From Malacoraja senta (Eukaryota): a stretch of 64,000 bases of DNA. Where the stretch lies: the NCBI GenBank assembly GCA_038087875.1, contig CM075995.1, positions 10,418,001 through 10,482,000 of the forward strand. Direction: 5' to 3'. This document shows positions 13,101 through 26,700 of this stretch, one piece after another; the first letter of the stretch is position 1; the number at the start of each line of letters is the position of its first letter. The translations under genes and the position numbers were made by a program. Under the pieces are notes generated by a model. It was not told the DNA's origin. It worked only from the letters and a program-made list of their open reading frames with translations, and did not search any database.

Positions 13101-14703
13101 CTCCACCGCCCTCTGAGGCAGAGAAGTCCACAGACTCACTACTCTCTGTGAGAAAAAGTGTTTCCTCGACTCCGTTCTAATTGGCTTACTCCTTATACTT
13201 AAACTGTGGTCCCTGGTTCAGGACTCTCCCAACATCGGGAACATGTTTCCTGCCTCTGGCGTGTCCAAGCCCTTAACAATCTTATATGTTTCAATGAGAT
13301 CCCCTCGCATCCTTCTAAACTCCAGAGTGGACAAGCCCAGCTGTTCCATTCTCTCAGCATATGGCAGTCCCGACATCCCTGGAATTAACCTACGCTGCAC
13401 TCCCTCAATAGCAAGAATGTCCTTCCTCAAATTAGGGGACCAAAACTGCACACAATACTCCAGGTGTGGTCACACAAGGGCTCTGCACAACTGCAGAAGG
13501 ACCTCTTTGCTCCTATATTCGATTCCTCTTGTTGTAAAGGCCAACATGCCATTCGCTTTCTTCACTGCCTCTGTACCTGCATGCTTACTTTCATAGACTG
13601 ATGTACAAGGACCCCCATATGCCGTTGTGCTTCCCCTTTTCCCAACTTGAAGCTATTTAGATAGCAATCTGCCTTCCTGTTTTTGCTACCAAAGTGGATA
13701 ACCTCACATTTATCCGCATTAAACTTCATCTGCCATGCATCTGCCCACTCCCCCAACCTGTCCACGTCACCCTGCCTTCTCATAGCATCCTCCTCACAGT
13801 TCACACTGCTACCCAGCTTTGTGTCATCTGCAAATTTGCTAATGTTACTTTGAATCCCTTCATCCAAATCATTGATGTATATTACAAATAGCTGCGGTCC
13901 CAGCACCGACCCTTGCGGTACCCCACTAGTCACTGCTGCCATTCTGAAAGTGACCCGTTAATCCATATAACCATATAACACGGTAAATGGTAGCGAATCC
14001 ATATAACCATACACGGTAAATGGTAGCGAATTGAGGAATGCAGTTGAACAGAGGGATCTAGGAATAACTGTGCATAGTTCCCTGAAGGTGGAATCTCATG
14101 TAGATAGGGTGGTAAAGAAAGCTTTTGGTGTGCTGGCCTTTATAAATCAGAGCATTGAATATAGAAGTTGGGATGTAATGTTAAAATTGTACAAGGCATT
14201 GGTGAGCCCAATTCTGGAGTATGGAGTACAATTTTGGTCGCCTAATTATAGGAAGGATGTCAACAAAATAGAGAGAGTACAGAGGAGATTTACTAGAATG
14301 TTGCCTGGGTTTCAGCAACTAAGTTACAGAGAAAGGTTGAACAAGTTAGGTCTTTATTCTTTGGAGCGCAGAAGGTTAAGAGGGGACTTGATAGAGGTCT
14401 TTAAAATTATGAGCGGGTTAGACAGAGTGGACGTGGATAAGCTTTTCCCATTGAGAGTAGGGAAGATTCAAACAAGGGGACATGACTTGAGAATTAAGGG
14501 ACAGAAGTTTAGGGGGAACATTAGGGGGAACTTCTTTGCTCAGAGAGTGGTAGCTGTGTGGAATGAGCTTCCAGTGGAAGTGGTGGAGGCAGGTTCGATG
14601 TTATCCTTTAAAAATAGATTGGATGGGTATATGGACGGGAAAGGAATGGAGGGTTATGGTCTGAGTGCAGGTAGATGGGACTCGGGGGAAGTATTTTATT
14701 TTT

Positions 14704-14739
<36 letters not shown>

Positions 14740-17700
14740 AAATGTTCGGCACGGACTTGAAGGGCCGAGATGGCCTGTTTCCGTGCTGTTATGGTTATAT
14801 GGTTATATGGTTATATGGTTATAACCATATAACCATAACAGCACGGAAACAGGCCATCTCGGCCCTTCAAGTCCGTGCCGAACATTTTGTTTAAAATTAA
14901 ATTAAAAATAAATACTTCCCCCTAGTCCCATCTACCTGCACTCAGACAATAACCCTCCATTCCTTTCCCGTCCATATACCCATCCAATCTATTTTTAAAG
15001 GATAACATCGAACCTGCCTCCACCACTTCCACTGGAAGCTCATGCCACACAGCCCTACCCTTTGTTTCCTGTCTGCCAACCAATTCTCTATCCATGTCAA
15101 CACTCTGCCCCCAATACCACGTGCTCTAATTTTGCCCACTAATCTCATATGTGGGACCTTATCAAATGCTTTCTGAATGTCCAGGTACACTACATCCACT
15201 GGCTCTCCCTTGTCCATTTTCCTAGTTACACCTTCAAAAAATTCCAGACGATTAGTCAAGCATGATTTCCCCTTCGTAAATCCATGCTGACTCGGACCGA
15301 TCCTGGTACTGCTATCCAAATGTGCGGCTATCCCATATTTTATAATTGACTCCAGCATCTTCCCCACCACCGATGTCAGGCTAACTGGTCTATAATTCCC
15401 CGTTTTCTCTCTCCCGCCTTTCTTAAAACGTGGGATAACATTAGCTACCCTCCAATCCACAGGAACTGATCCTGAGTCTATAGAACATTGGAAAATTATC
15501 ACCAATGCATCTACGATTTCTAGAGCCACTTCCCTAAGTATCCTGGGATGCAGACCATCAGGCGCTGGGGATTTATCAGCCTTCAGTCCCATCATACACC
15601 ATTTCCTGCCTAATGTCGATTTCGTTCAGTTCCTTTGTCACCCCAGATCCTCTGGACACTAGTATACCAGGAAGATTGTTTGTGTCCTCCTTAGTGAAGA
15701 CAGATCCAATGTACTAGTTCAATTCATCCGCCATTTCTTTGTTCCCCATAATAAATTCACTTTTTTCGGTCTTCAAATGTCCAACTTTGGTCTTAACTAT
15801 TTTTTTCCTCCACACCCCTAAAGAAGCTTTTAGTATCCTGCTTTATATTCTTGGCTAGCGTAACTTGGTACCTCATCTTTTCTCCCCGTATTGTCTTTAT
15901 GGTTATCTTCTGTTGTTCTTTAAACATTACCCAATCCTCTTGTTTCCCGCTCATCTTTGCTACGTTGTACATCTTCGCTTTAATTTTTATACTGTCCCTG
16001 ACGTCCCTTGTCAGCCATGGTCGTCCCTTTCTTCCATTGGAATCTTTCTTCCTCCTAGGAATGAACTGATCCTGCACCTTCTGTATTATTCCTAGAAACA
16101 CCTGCCATTTTTGTTCCACTGTCATCCCTGCTCGTGTATATTTCCAGTCAACTTTGGCCATCTCCTACCTCATGGCCCCATAGTCCCCTTTATTCAACTG
16201 CAACACTGACGTCTCCGATCTCCTCTTCTCCCTCTCCAATTGTAGATTAAACCTGACCATGTTATGGTCACTGCCTCGTAATGGCTCATTAACCTCGAGG
16301 TCCTTCATCAAATCCGGTTCATTACATAACTCTAAATCTAGAATTGCCTTCCCCCTGGTAGGCTCCAATACAAGCTGTTCAAAGGATCCATCACGAAGGC
16401 ACTTCTAGGGGTCCAGTACCAACCTGATTTTCGCAGCATTACTTTTGCTACATGCCAATTTTAACTCCTGATTCAACTTGCGCCCTCTGTCCAGGCTACT
16501 GATTGGGGGTCTGTAGATTAGTCCAATTAGGGTATTTTTACCCTTACAATTCCTTAGTTCTATCCATTCTGACTCCACATCTGTTTCAATGTCACCCCTT
16601 GCAAGGGGCTGAATTTCATTCCTCACCTACAGGACAACCCCACCCCCTCTGCCCACCTGTCTGTCTTTTCGATAGGATGTATACCCTTGAATATTCAGTT
16701 CCCAGCCCTGGCCCTCTTGCAGCCATGTCTCAGTAATTCCCAAAACATCATACTTGCCAGTTTCTAACTGAGCTTCAAGCTCGTCCACTTTATGCCGAGT
16801 ACTTCGCGCAATCATATACAGTACTGTGACCTCCGTATTTACTTCCCCCTCGCAATTGGCCCTGGCCTTTCTCTGTTGTCCATTCTCAAGCTTTCCTTCC
16901 CATTAATTCGAGAATCTTTTGTATTTTTCCTGTAGCCACTTCCCCTTCAACTCCATCTTTATACTCCCAATTTGTCAATCCCCCCACCCCCCCCCCCCCA
17001 CTATTGAGTTTAAACCCACACGTGTAGCCCTAGCAAACGTGCCTGCCAGAATGTCGGCCCCCCTCCAGTTAAGGTGTAACCCGTCCCTTTTGTACAGGTC
17101 ACCCCTACCCCAGAAGAGATCCCAGTGGTCTATAAATCTAAATCCTTGCACCCTGCACCAGCCCCTCAGCCACACATTCAGATCCCCTATCTCCCTGTTC
17201 CTGTCCTCACTAGCACGTGGTCCTGGAAGCAATCCAGAGATAACCACCCTAGAAGTTCGGCATTTCAGTCTCCTTCCCAACTCTCTGATGTCATGTTGGA
17301 TAACTTCCTTCCTCTTCTTCCCGATGTCGTTTGTGCCTACCTGCACAACTACTGCCGGATATCACCTTCTCTCTCGAGGACGTTCAGAATTCGGCTCGTG
17401 ACATCCTGAACCCTGGCACCAGGGTGGCATCAGACCATTCTCGCATCTCGTCGGCCGCCACAGATGATGACCTGAATTCGTCTGCCTCCCTAGCTGATGA
17501 CCTGAACTCTTTCTACGCACGTTTCGAGACGGGCAACATCACCCCAGGCTTGGAGGCTAACGACAACACCGCCCGCGCACTGGCTAGCGAGGTTGGAGGG
17601 AGGTCCTCCGCTGGGGATGTGCACACATTCTCGTTGTCCGAGCACGACGTGAGGAGGTCTCTGACACGTGTGAACACGAGGAAAGCTGGAGGCCCAGATG

Positions 17701-20700
17701 GCATCTCTGGGCGAGTACTTAAGTCTTGTGGTACTCAGCTAGCTCCGGTGCTCACTACAATATTCAACCTCTCCCTGGCCAAGTCCGTGGTCCCTGCCTG
17801 CTTCACAAAATCCATCATTGTACCTGTACCAGCTTGTTTGAATGACTACGAGCCGGTGGCCCTCACCTCGGTAGTCATGAAATGCTTCGAGAGGCTGGTC
17901 AAGAACCACATCTGCGCCATCCTCCCTCGCAACATGGACCCGCTACAGTTCTCATACCGTCCGAACAGATCCATGGACGAAGCTGTCTCCCAGGTACTGC
18001 ACACCGCTCTCTCTCACCTTGACAGCCAGAAAGGGGACTATGTGAGGGTGCTGTTCATTGACTTCAGTTCAGCCTTCAACACGATAGACCCCACCAGACT
18101 TGCTGAGAAGCTGCTGGAATTGGGGCTTAACACCCCCTGTGTGCCTGGGTCCTGGACTTTCTCACCGCCAGGCCCCAGGTAGTCAAGATGGCAGGAAATA
18201 CATCGAAGACCCTCACCCTGAGCACAGGATCCCCGCAGGGTTGCGCCCTCAGCCCCCTACTGTACTCCCTGTACACATATGACTGTGTGGCTAGGTTCAG
18301 CTCCAACTCTATAATCAAGTTTGCTGATGACACTGTGGTGGTGGACCTGATCACCCAAAGTAATGAGAAGGCCTACTGGGAAGAGATGGTTGATCTGGCA
18401 CTGGTGTCAGGACAACAGCCTCCTCTTGATTGTCAAAAAACTAAGGAGCTGATTGTGGACGTAAGGAAGGCATAACATCCGAGGACGTACACACCATTGA
18501 AGATAAATGGGGATACTGTGGATAGGGGGAGCTGCTTTAAATACCTGGGAGTCCAAGTCGCAGTGGATCTGACATGGACATCACACGCTGCCGCACTGGT
18601 GAGTAACGCAAGGCAGCGCCTTTACCACTTCAGGCAGCTGAAGAAATTCATGGTCTCTCTGAGAATTCTCCAGTGCTTCTACTCGGGGGCTGTAGAAAGC
18701 ATCTTGTCTGGGAACATTACAATCTGGTTTGGGAACTGCTCTTCCCAGGACCAGAAGGCACTGCAGAGAGTAGTGCGTTCCACCGAACGCACTATGGGAA
18801 CTACACTCGCCCCCCTGCAAGAACTATACATCAGAAACATAGAAACATAGAAAATAGGTGCAAGAGTAGGCCATTCGGCCCTTCGAGCCTGCACCGCCAT
18901 TCAATATGATCATGGCTGATCATCCAAATCAGTATCCTGTACCTGCCATACCCCCTGATCCCTTTAGCCACAAGGGCCACATCTAACTCCCTCATAAATG
19001 TAGCCAATGAACTGGCCTCAACTACCTTCTGTGGCAGAGACTTCCAGAGAAGGTGCAGATCCAGAGGCAGCAACATTATGGGGGACGCCTTCCACCCCAG
19101 TTACAGACTGTTCCAGTTGCTACGGTCAGGCAAACGCCTCCGCCGTCATGCTGTGAAAACAGGGGGCATAAGAAGGAGTTTATTCCCAGGGGCCATTAGG
19201 ACTGTAACTTACTGTACCAATTTACTGATGTGCTGTGTCTTTTAAAAATTGCTATTTTTTTCTCACAAATATGTAATTACTGATTCTGTTCTATCCTGTC
19301 TTCTAGTTGTTGTTTTGTTGCACAATCCGCAAGCATTGCCACTTTTCATTTCACTGCACATATCGTATGTGTATGTGACAAATAAACGACTTGACTTGAC
19401 CTTACTTGATCTGTTCGGAACACGAATAAGTGGATACGATGCCGGAGGTAACGGGGGAGCCCCACATATCCCCGGGACCTGTCACAAGTGCGCCCACAGA
19501 GGCCTGTGATAAATTCTCGCACGCAGGCACGGGTTATTGATTGGGGACGATCAGCCATGTTCACAGTGAATGGCGGTGCTGGCTCGAAGTGCTGAATGGC
19601 CTCCACCTGCACCTATTTTCTGTTTCTATGCTTACTGATCCGCATGATCGACAGAGTGACGTCTCACATATATATCCTCATAATTTCAGCTGTGGAATCG
19701 TTGATTCCGTTTCTGGGACGTCATTCACCTTCAATTGTGGAGGATCTGTCGGTCGATATGTGAACATCATCATCCCAGGCCCGGATAAAATTTTGACCCT
19801 GTGCGAGGTTGAGATATATGGTTCAGAACTCCCCTACTTGCATGGAAAAGGTAGGCAGAAGTTCCCGCTGAGGCTCTGGTGGTTCACTGCCCCACAGCTT
19901 AGTTGATCGATTCCCCTGCTGATGTAGTCGTATTACATCTACTGAAACCCCGTACCGTCTCTGCTATTTGCCATTGTTCGTTTTCTCGCTAGTCTTGGAC
20001 CTTCGCCTTGCCGAACATGAGCCTGTCTGTTAATGAAAACCTGTGAGTCTGGGTGCACATCCCTTCTTCCATTTTGTCCGGAGACCTTATGCTGATAAAC
20101 ACTAGCCAGGCACCAACAAAATACACACCTATGGAAACATGCTTGAAGCGTATCTCCCCGTTTCCAGACTAATGCATGATCTTCCCTTGAGTTGAAGAGC
20201 AATGGCGATATTTTAACCTGCCTCAGTCCGGTACTTGGGCTTATTTTCTGTAGGCATGTAGATATAATATTTTAACACCATATTTTGCAATCTGTTGTTT
20301 TAATTCTATTGTAGTCTTACAAAATTCTTAAGGGGTTGGACAGGTTAGATGCAGGAAGATTGTTCCCGGTGTTGTGGAAGTCCAGGACAAGGGGCCACAG
20401 TTTAAGGATAAAGGGGAAATCCTTTTGGACTGAGATGAGAAAAACATTTTTCACACAGAGAGTGGTGAGTCTCTGGAAATCACTGCCACAGACGGTAGTT
20501 GAGGCCAGTTTATTGGCTATATTTCAGAGGGACTTAGATGTGGCCTTTGTGGCGAAAGTGATCAGGGGGTATGGAGAGAAGGCAGGTACAGGATACTGAG
20601 TTGGATGATCAGCCATGATCGTATTGAATGGCGGTGCAGGCTCGATAATATGAAACACATACTAAACGGAGTTACTACTAACATACACTATAATTGGCTA

Positions 20701-23700
20701 GTATGAAATAGCCAATCTACACTTCTACTTTCCCTCTTGCTCTTGCGTGTGGCTCCATTGCTCTGAGGTACAGTCTGATTTGATTGTATATTACTAGAGA
20801 AGAGTTTTCGATGCATCTCCCTTCACCACACCAAAGTAGTAGGAATATCAATGAAATGCACTGCTGATCCAAACCTTGATAGAAGGCCTAAATTCGTCGG
20901 TATTAAATAGAAACATAGAAAACAGGTGCCGGAGTAGGCCATTCCGTCATTCAAGCCAGCCCGCATTCAATATGATCATAGCTGATCATTCAAAATGAGT
21001 ACCCCGTTCATCCTTTCTCCCGTACACCTTGAATGCGTTATGCCTGATCGCTATATCTAACTCTCTTTGAAATACATCTTGCCTTTTCCATCCCCACAGA
21101 AAACGTGGCGTTAGGAGCAAGGCCGACCCAGTCCACGGATGAAGGGGCACCTGCTGAGCGAGCCAATGACGGTAACAGCAACAGCGACTTCAGGCATGGT
21201 TCATGCGCGCGCACCAGGAAATCCAACAACCCTTGGTGGAGAGTCGATCTAAAGGAAAGCTACAACGTGTCGGATGTGAGAATCACCAACAGAGCAGACT
21301 GCTGCTCGGACCAGCTCCGAGGAGCTGAGATCCACATCGGGGACTCGCTGGAAAACGATGGCAATTTCAACAGACTGTAAGTATTCATAAGCAATCGCCG
21401 AATCTAATCACCTGCGATGTCTTCTTCTACAAATTCTACTGTTACTGGAGCAAATATAACATGAGTGGGTAAAAGAAGAGAGATGCTGCACGTTACGAAT
21501 GGTTTCACAGCAGATAAAAGTAAAATTGTGCTCCTCTGCTCCAGATACGGAAGACAAAGGCACAGAGCCGTTTTCCACTTATCCAATGAATGAATGAATG
21601 AATGAATGAATGAATAAGTTTATTAGCCAAGCCACATACAAAGAATTTGCCTCGGTGCTCGACTCGCAAGTAACGACACGACATTCAGTAACAATTAACA
21701 ATGACACATAAACATTAAACATTAATAATTAAACATTATAGTTTAAATAATGAATTAAATAAAATACCAGAGAAAAAGGTGGCTACATACATTTGGTTAT
21801 TGCGTAGAGCTAATACTGGTGGGGGAAAAAAGCTGATTTCGTGGCTGGCTGTGGCGGTTTTGACTGTCCGGAATCGCCTTCCAGAGGAAATAAATATCTC
21901 TGCATAAATCTGTAATTTAAGTTAATTCAAGATATGTGATAATGAACAATTGGATTGCTGTGGCAATAGACAGGTAACTAATGCCCATGAGTAAGGATCA
22001 TGCAACATCTAGCCAGGCAATGCGGCAGTGTGTAGGAAGTAAACTGGTCCTGGTTTAAACCGAAGATATGGAATACCATGTGCGGTCAGACCGCATCATT
22101 GGAGAAAAGCAATAGGCGACGTTCCGGGTCCAGACCCTGGGGATCAGTGTCACTCATGTTATGAGTCATGCTTTGGTAGTTACGCCCACTTGCTTTTACA
22201 GTAGTCCTCCCTGCCTATTACCTTTAGAATTAGAAAGACGTGCCAGTATAAAGTTATCTATGCTATGTCGTTAATAAAGTCTTTGGACCTTTATCATGTT
22301 GTAAAGCTTCAGTTATTACAACAGCCGAAACACAACAGACCCTTCTTCAGACTGTATTCTGTCTCGACACGAAACGTCACGTATTCATTTTCTCCAGAGA
22401 TGCTCTCTGACGCGCATGGCTACCTATGTATCCGGATCTTCTCCTGATCCTAGCCATCAGTTCGTAACTGGAGCATGTGGGCAATGGCCGGAAGTAGCGG
22501 TGGGAGCCCTCCATATCCCCGGAACGTGTCATCAGTTCACCAGCTTAGGCCTAAGATTACCTTTGATACGTGTAATCATCGCATGATCGAGGCAGTGGAG
22601 GCAGTAGAGTCTCAATTGTAAATCCAATGTACTATAGACTTGCGGACTGGTGTGCAGCCAATGTAACCCCACTTTTGAAGAAAGGAGGGAGAGAGAAAAC
22701 AGGGAATGATAGACCCGTTATTCTGACATTGGTAGTGGGGGAAATGCTTGAATCGATTATTAAAGATGTAATAGCAGCGCATTCGGAAAGTAGTGACAGG
22801 ATCGATGAAAGTCAGCATGGATTTTTGAAGGGGGAATTATGCTTGACTAATCTTCTGGAATTTTATGAACAAGTAACAAGACGACTGGACAAGGGAGAGA
22901 CAGTGGAGGTGCTTTATCTGGAGCGAGTGAGCATATGCATGACAGATACAGTACAATGTGGATAAATGTGAGGTTATCCACTTTGGTGGCAAGAACAATA
23001 ATACAGATTATTATCGGACCGGTGTCCGAAAAGGAAACGGGGATGTGCAACGAGACCTCTGAGCCCTTGTACATCAGTCAATGAAAGTAAGCATGCAGGT
23101 ACGGCAGGAAGCGAAGAGAAAGTAAATATCAGTGGGGAGGATGCCGGAGTATCCACGGGAGCCCGCCACATCCCATGCACCTCTCATCAGTTCACCAGCG
23201 TAGGCCAACAAACCAGCCCAGGAATATGATTTTTTTTTAAACGCGTTCTTATCCGTAGTGATCGAGATAGTGGAGTCTCACTTTCAAACATCTCTTTCAG
23301 CTGTGGAACCGTTGATTCCGTTGCTTTGACGACACTTACCTTCAATTGTGATGGATTTATTGGTCGATATGTGAACATCTTCATTCCGGGCAATGATAAA
23401 ATCTTGACCCTGTGCGAGGTTGAGATCTTTGGTTCAAAACTTCCTTCCATCGATATCTCGTTAAAACAGGATACGAAACCTCCTTCCGCACATGAAAGGA
23501 AAAAGCTAACCACCATCAATATCCATTCACTAAATGGAACGAAACTCCCGCCTTTATTTGGAAAGGAAACGACGCCCCAGTCCGCAAAGGAAACGGAAAT
23601 ACCGAACATACCTGGAATGAACATCCCGGCACCAACCGGAAAAGAACGACCGTTCGTACCGGGAACGAATCTACCATTGGGAACTGGAACAGGTAGGCTC

Positions 23701-26700
23701 ATCGCACCGCCAAGACGTTGAGTCATTCTCAGCCACGAAATATGTCACTGATACAATTTACGGTCAGAGAGAATCATGTTAGACCGAGATTCAGTACCCT
23801 CCGACTAAAACAAATCCTCCTCATCTCCTTCCCAATGGCATATCATCTTATTCTGAATCTGTGCCCTCTGGTCCTAGATTCCCCCACAACATTCACACTA
23901 TCCAAGCAATTCACTGTCCGATAAGTTTCAATGAGATCCCCAATAATCCATTACTACTCCAGCGAATACAGGGCCCGGAACAGTCAGAAGATCTCCATAT
24001 GTTAACGTAATCATCCCACCGATCACTCTCGTAATCCTGCCCTTGACCCTCCACAATGCCAGCACAGCTCAGATATGGGGCCTAAAACAGTTCACAATAT
24101 TCCAAATGCGCTCTGCCCACTGTCTTATAAAGCCTCCACATTTGACCCCTGCTTTAATATTCTAGCTCTCTGGATATAAATGCTAACATTGAATTTGCCT
24201 TCAATTGCGATGGAATTGGTGGTCCATATGTGAACATCTTCTTGCCGGGACAGGATAAAATCTTAACCCTGTGCGAGGTTGAGGTCTTTACTTCAAAACG
24301 TCCTTCTATCCATTTCCCATTAGAACAAGGCACGGCAGCCCCGTCCGCACTTGAAACGAAAACGCACACTCCCGTCCAAATCCCGTCCGTCAAGGGAACG
24401 AAACTCCCGCCAATATCTGGAACGAAAATCCCGTCCGTAAAGGAAACGACGCCCCAGTCCGCAGAGGGAACGGTGCCCCAATCCGTAAAGGGAACGAAAA
24501 AACCGTCCATACCTGGAGCGAATATCCCGCCAACCACCGTAACGACACTTTCGTTCGTAACTGGAACAAATCTACCATCTGGAGCTGGAACAGGTAGGCC
24601 CAGTGCCCCGCTAAGGCTGTGGTTGTAGACATTGAGAAATTCTCAGCCACGAAATATCTCACTGATACTGTTTCTGAACAGATGGACTAATGTTAGCCCG
24701 AGTTTTCCTAACATCTGGTTAAAACAAATCCTCATCATCTCCTTCCGAATAGTATGTCCTTTTATTCTGCATCTGTGCCCTCTGATCCTGGATTCTCACA
24801 CTACTGGAAACGTGCTCCCTACATTCACACTAGCCAGGCTTTCCACTGTACGATGTTTCAATGTGATACCCAATGATCCACCACTACTCCAGCGAATATA
24901 GGGTCCGGAAAAGTCAACAGATCTCCATATGGTATAGCAATCATCCTTGGGATCAGTCTGGTAATCCTCCCCTGCACCCTCTGCAATGCCAGTACATCCC
25001 TCTTCAGATATGGGGACCAAAACAGTTCACAATATCCCAACCGCGCTCTGCCCAGTGCCTTATAAAGCCTCAGCATTTGACCCCTGCTTTTATATTCTAG
25101 CTCTCTGGATATAAATCCTAACAATGAATTTGCATTCCTTAATACTGGTTAAACTTGCAAATTAACCCTTTGGGAATCCAGCACCAGCACTCCCAAGTCC
25201 ATTTGCACCTCTGATTTCTGAATCTCTCCGACATTGAAAAATACTCTGCACTTTTATTTATTTTTCCAAATTGCATGATCACTCAATTTGTCATGATGTC
25301 TTCCATCTGCGACTTATTTGCCTCTCTCCCAACCCGTCCAGGTCATTCTACAGACTCGCTGCTTCCTCTGCATGACCTGGCCCTGTAGTTATCTTTGTAT
25401 TATCCGCAACATTATGTTTGGGTAAAACTTAATATCCAAACAAAGGCATTAACTGCATCATTCAAATCATTGATATACCACGTGCAAAGTGACGGACCCA
25501 ACACAAAACCCTGTGAACACCGCCACTCACTGGCAACCAACCAGAAAAAAAACATTATTCCCACTCTTTGCCTTGAATACAGCCAACGTGCTATCCATGC
25601 TGGTATCTTCCCTCTAATTCCACGGGATCTCTCCGTTACCCGACGACAGAACGGTCCTCCCTTGAGTTGTAGTGCAATCTCGATATTTTAACCTGCCTCA
25701 GCGCGGTTCTCTAGCCCTATTGCTATGATACTATAACACCACATTATACAATTTATTGTTTTATTTTTACTTTACCTGTTGCTCTTGTGTGCGGCTTCAT
25801 TGCACTGATGCACATTACGAATTGATTGTATTGTACAAAGAAGTGTTTACACTGCATCTCGCTTCACTTGACCACACTAAAGCAGAACGAATATCAATGA
25901 AACACACTGATGACCCAAACCCTGATAGCAGGACAACATCTATTGGTATTAAATCTCCCCCTTTCGGCTCATGTGAGGTGTTTCCCACCCAACAGAAAAC
26001 GTGGCGTTGGGAAGAAATTCGACCCAGTCCAGCATGGATCCACGGGCGGGTGGTGAGCGAGCCAATGACGGGAACAGCGACAGCGACTTCAGGCATGGTT
26101 CATGCGCGCGCACCATTAAATCGAAGAACCCTTGGTGGAGAGTCGATCTAAATGAAAGCTACAACGTGTCTGATGTAAGAATCACCAACAGAGCAGACTG
26201 CTGTTCGGAGCAGCTCCAAGGAGCAGAGATCCGCATCGGGGACTCGCTGGAGAACAATGGCAATTTCAACAGACTGTAAGTATACATAAGCGATCGCCGA
26301 ATCTATTCACCTGTGGTGGCTTATTCTGCAAATGCCACTGTTACTGGAGCAATGATCACATGAGTGGGTGAAAGAGAGAGATGCTGCGGGGTACGTATGA
26401 TTTCACTGCAGATAAAATTAAATTTTTGCTCCACCGCTCAAGATGCGTAACAGAACGTTACAGAGCCGTTGTCCTCTTATCCAAATGCATAAGTTGCTGC
26501 ATTATCGCTTTTGCGATGGGGTCAATGAAATGAGGTCAATAAATCTGTAATTGAATTCAAGTACTATAATATTAAAAAATCGAATTGCAGTGGCAATGTT
26601 CAAGTCACCAATGCCTATGAGTGAGAGATCATGTAGTCTCTACCCAGTCAATGATCCCTATGTATCGGAAGGAACTGCAGATACTGGTTTAAACCGAAGA

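Larger units (their letters stand above)
12469..19400 (+). mobile_element. 5'-truncated Rex1/Babar-like LINE, split by nested insertions (pieces ~12469-12907 and ~17460-19400)
   Basis: [61 protein letters not shown]; ends AATAAA plus (GACTT)n. Confidence 0.8.

Noticed and set aside
13562..18475. Reverse transcriptases next to repeated variable domains as a DGR/retron-like diversifying system
   Set aside because: The RTs are fragmented CR1, Rex1-like and L1 LINEs in introns. There is no template/variable repeat pair or adenine-specific variation, and the context is eukaryotic.
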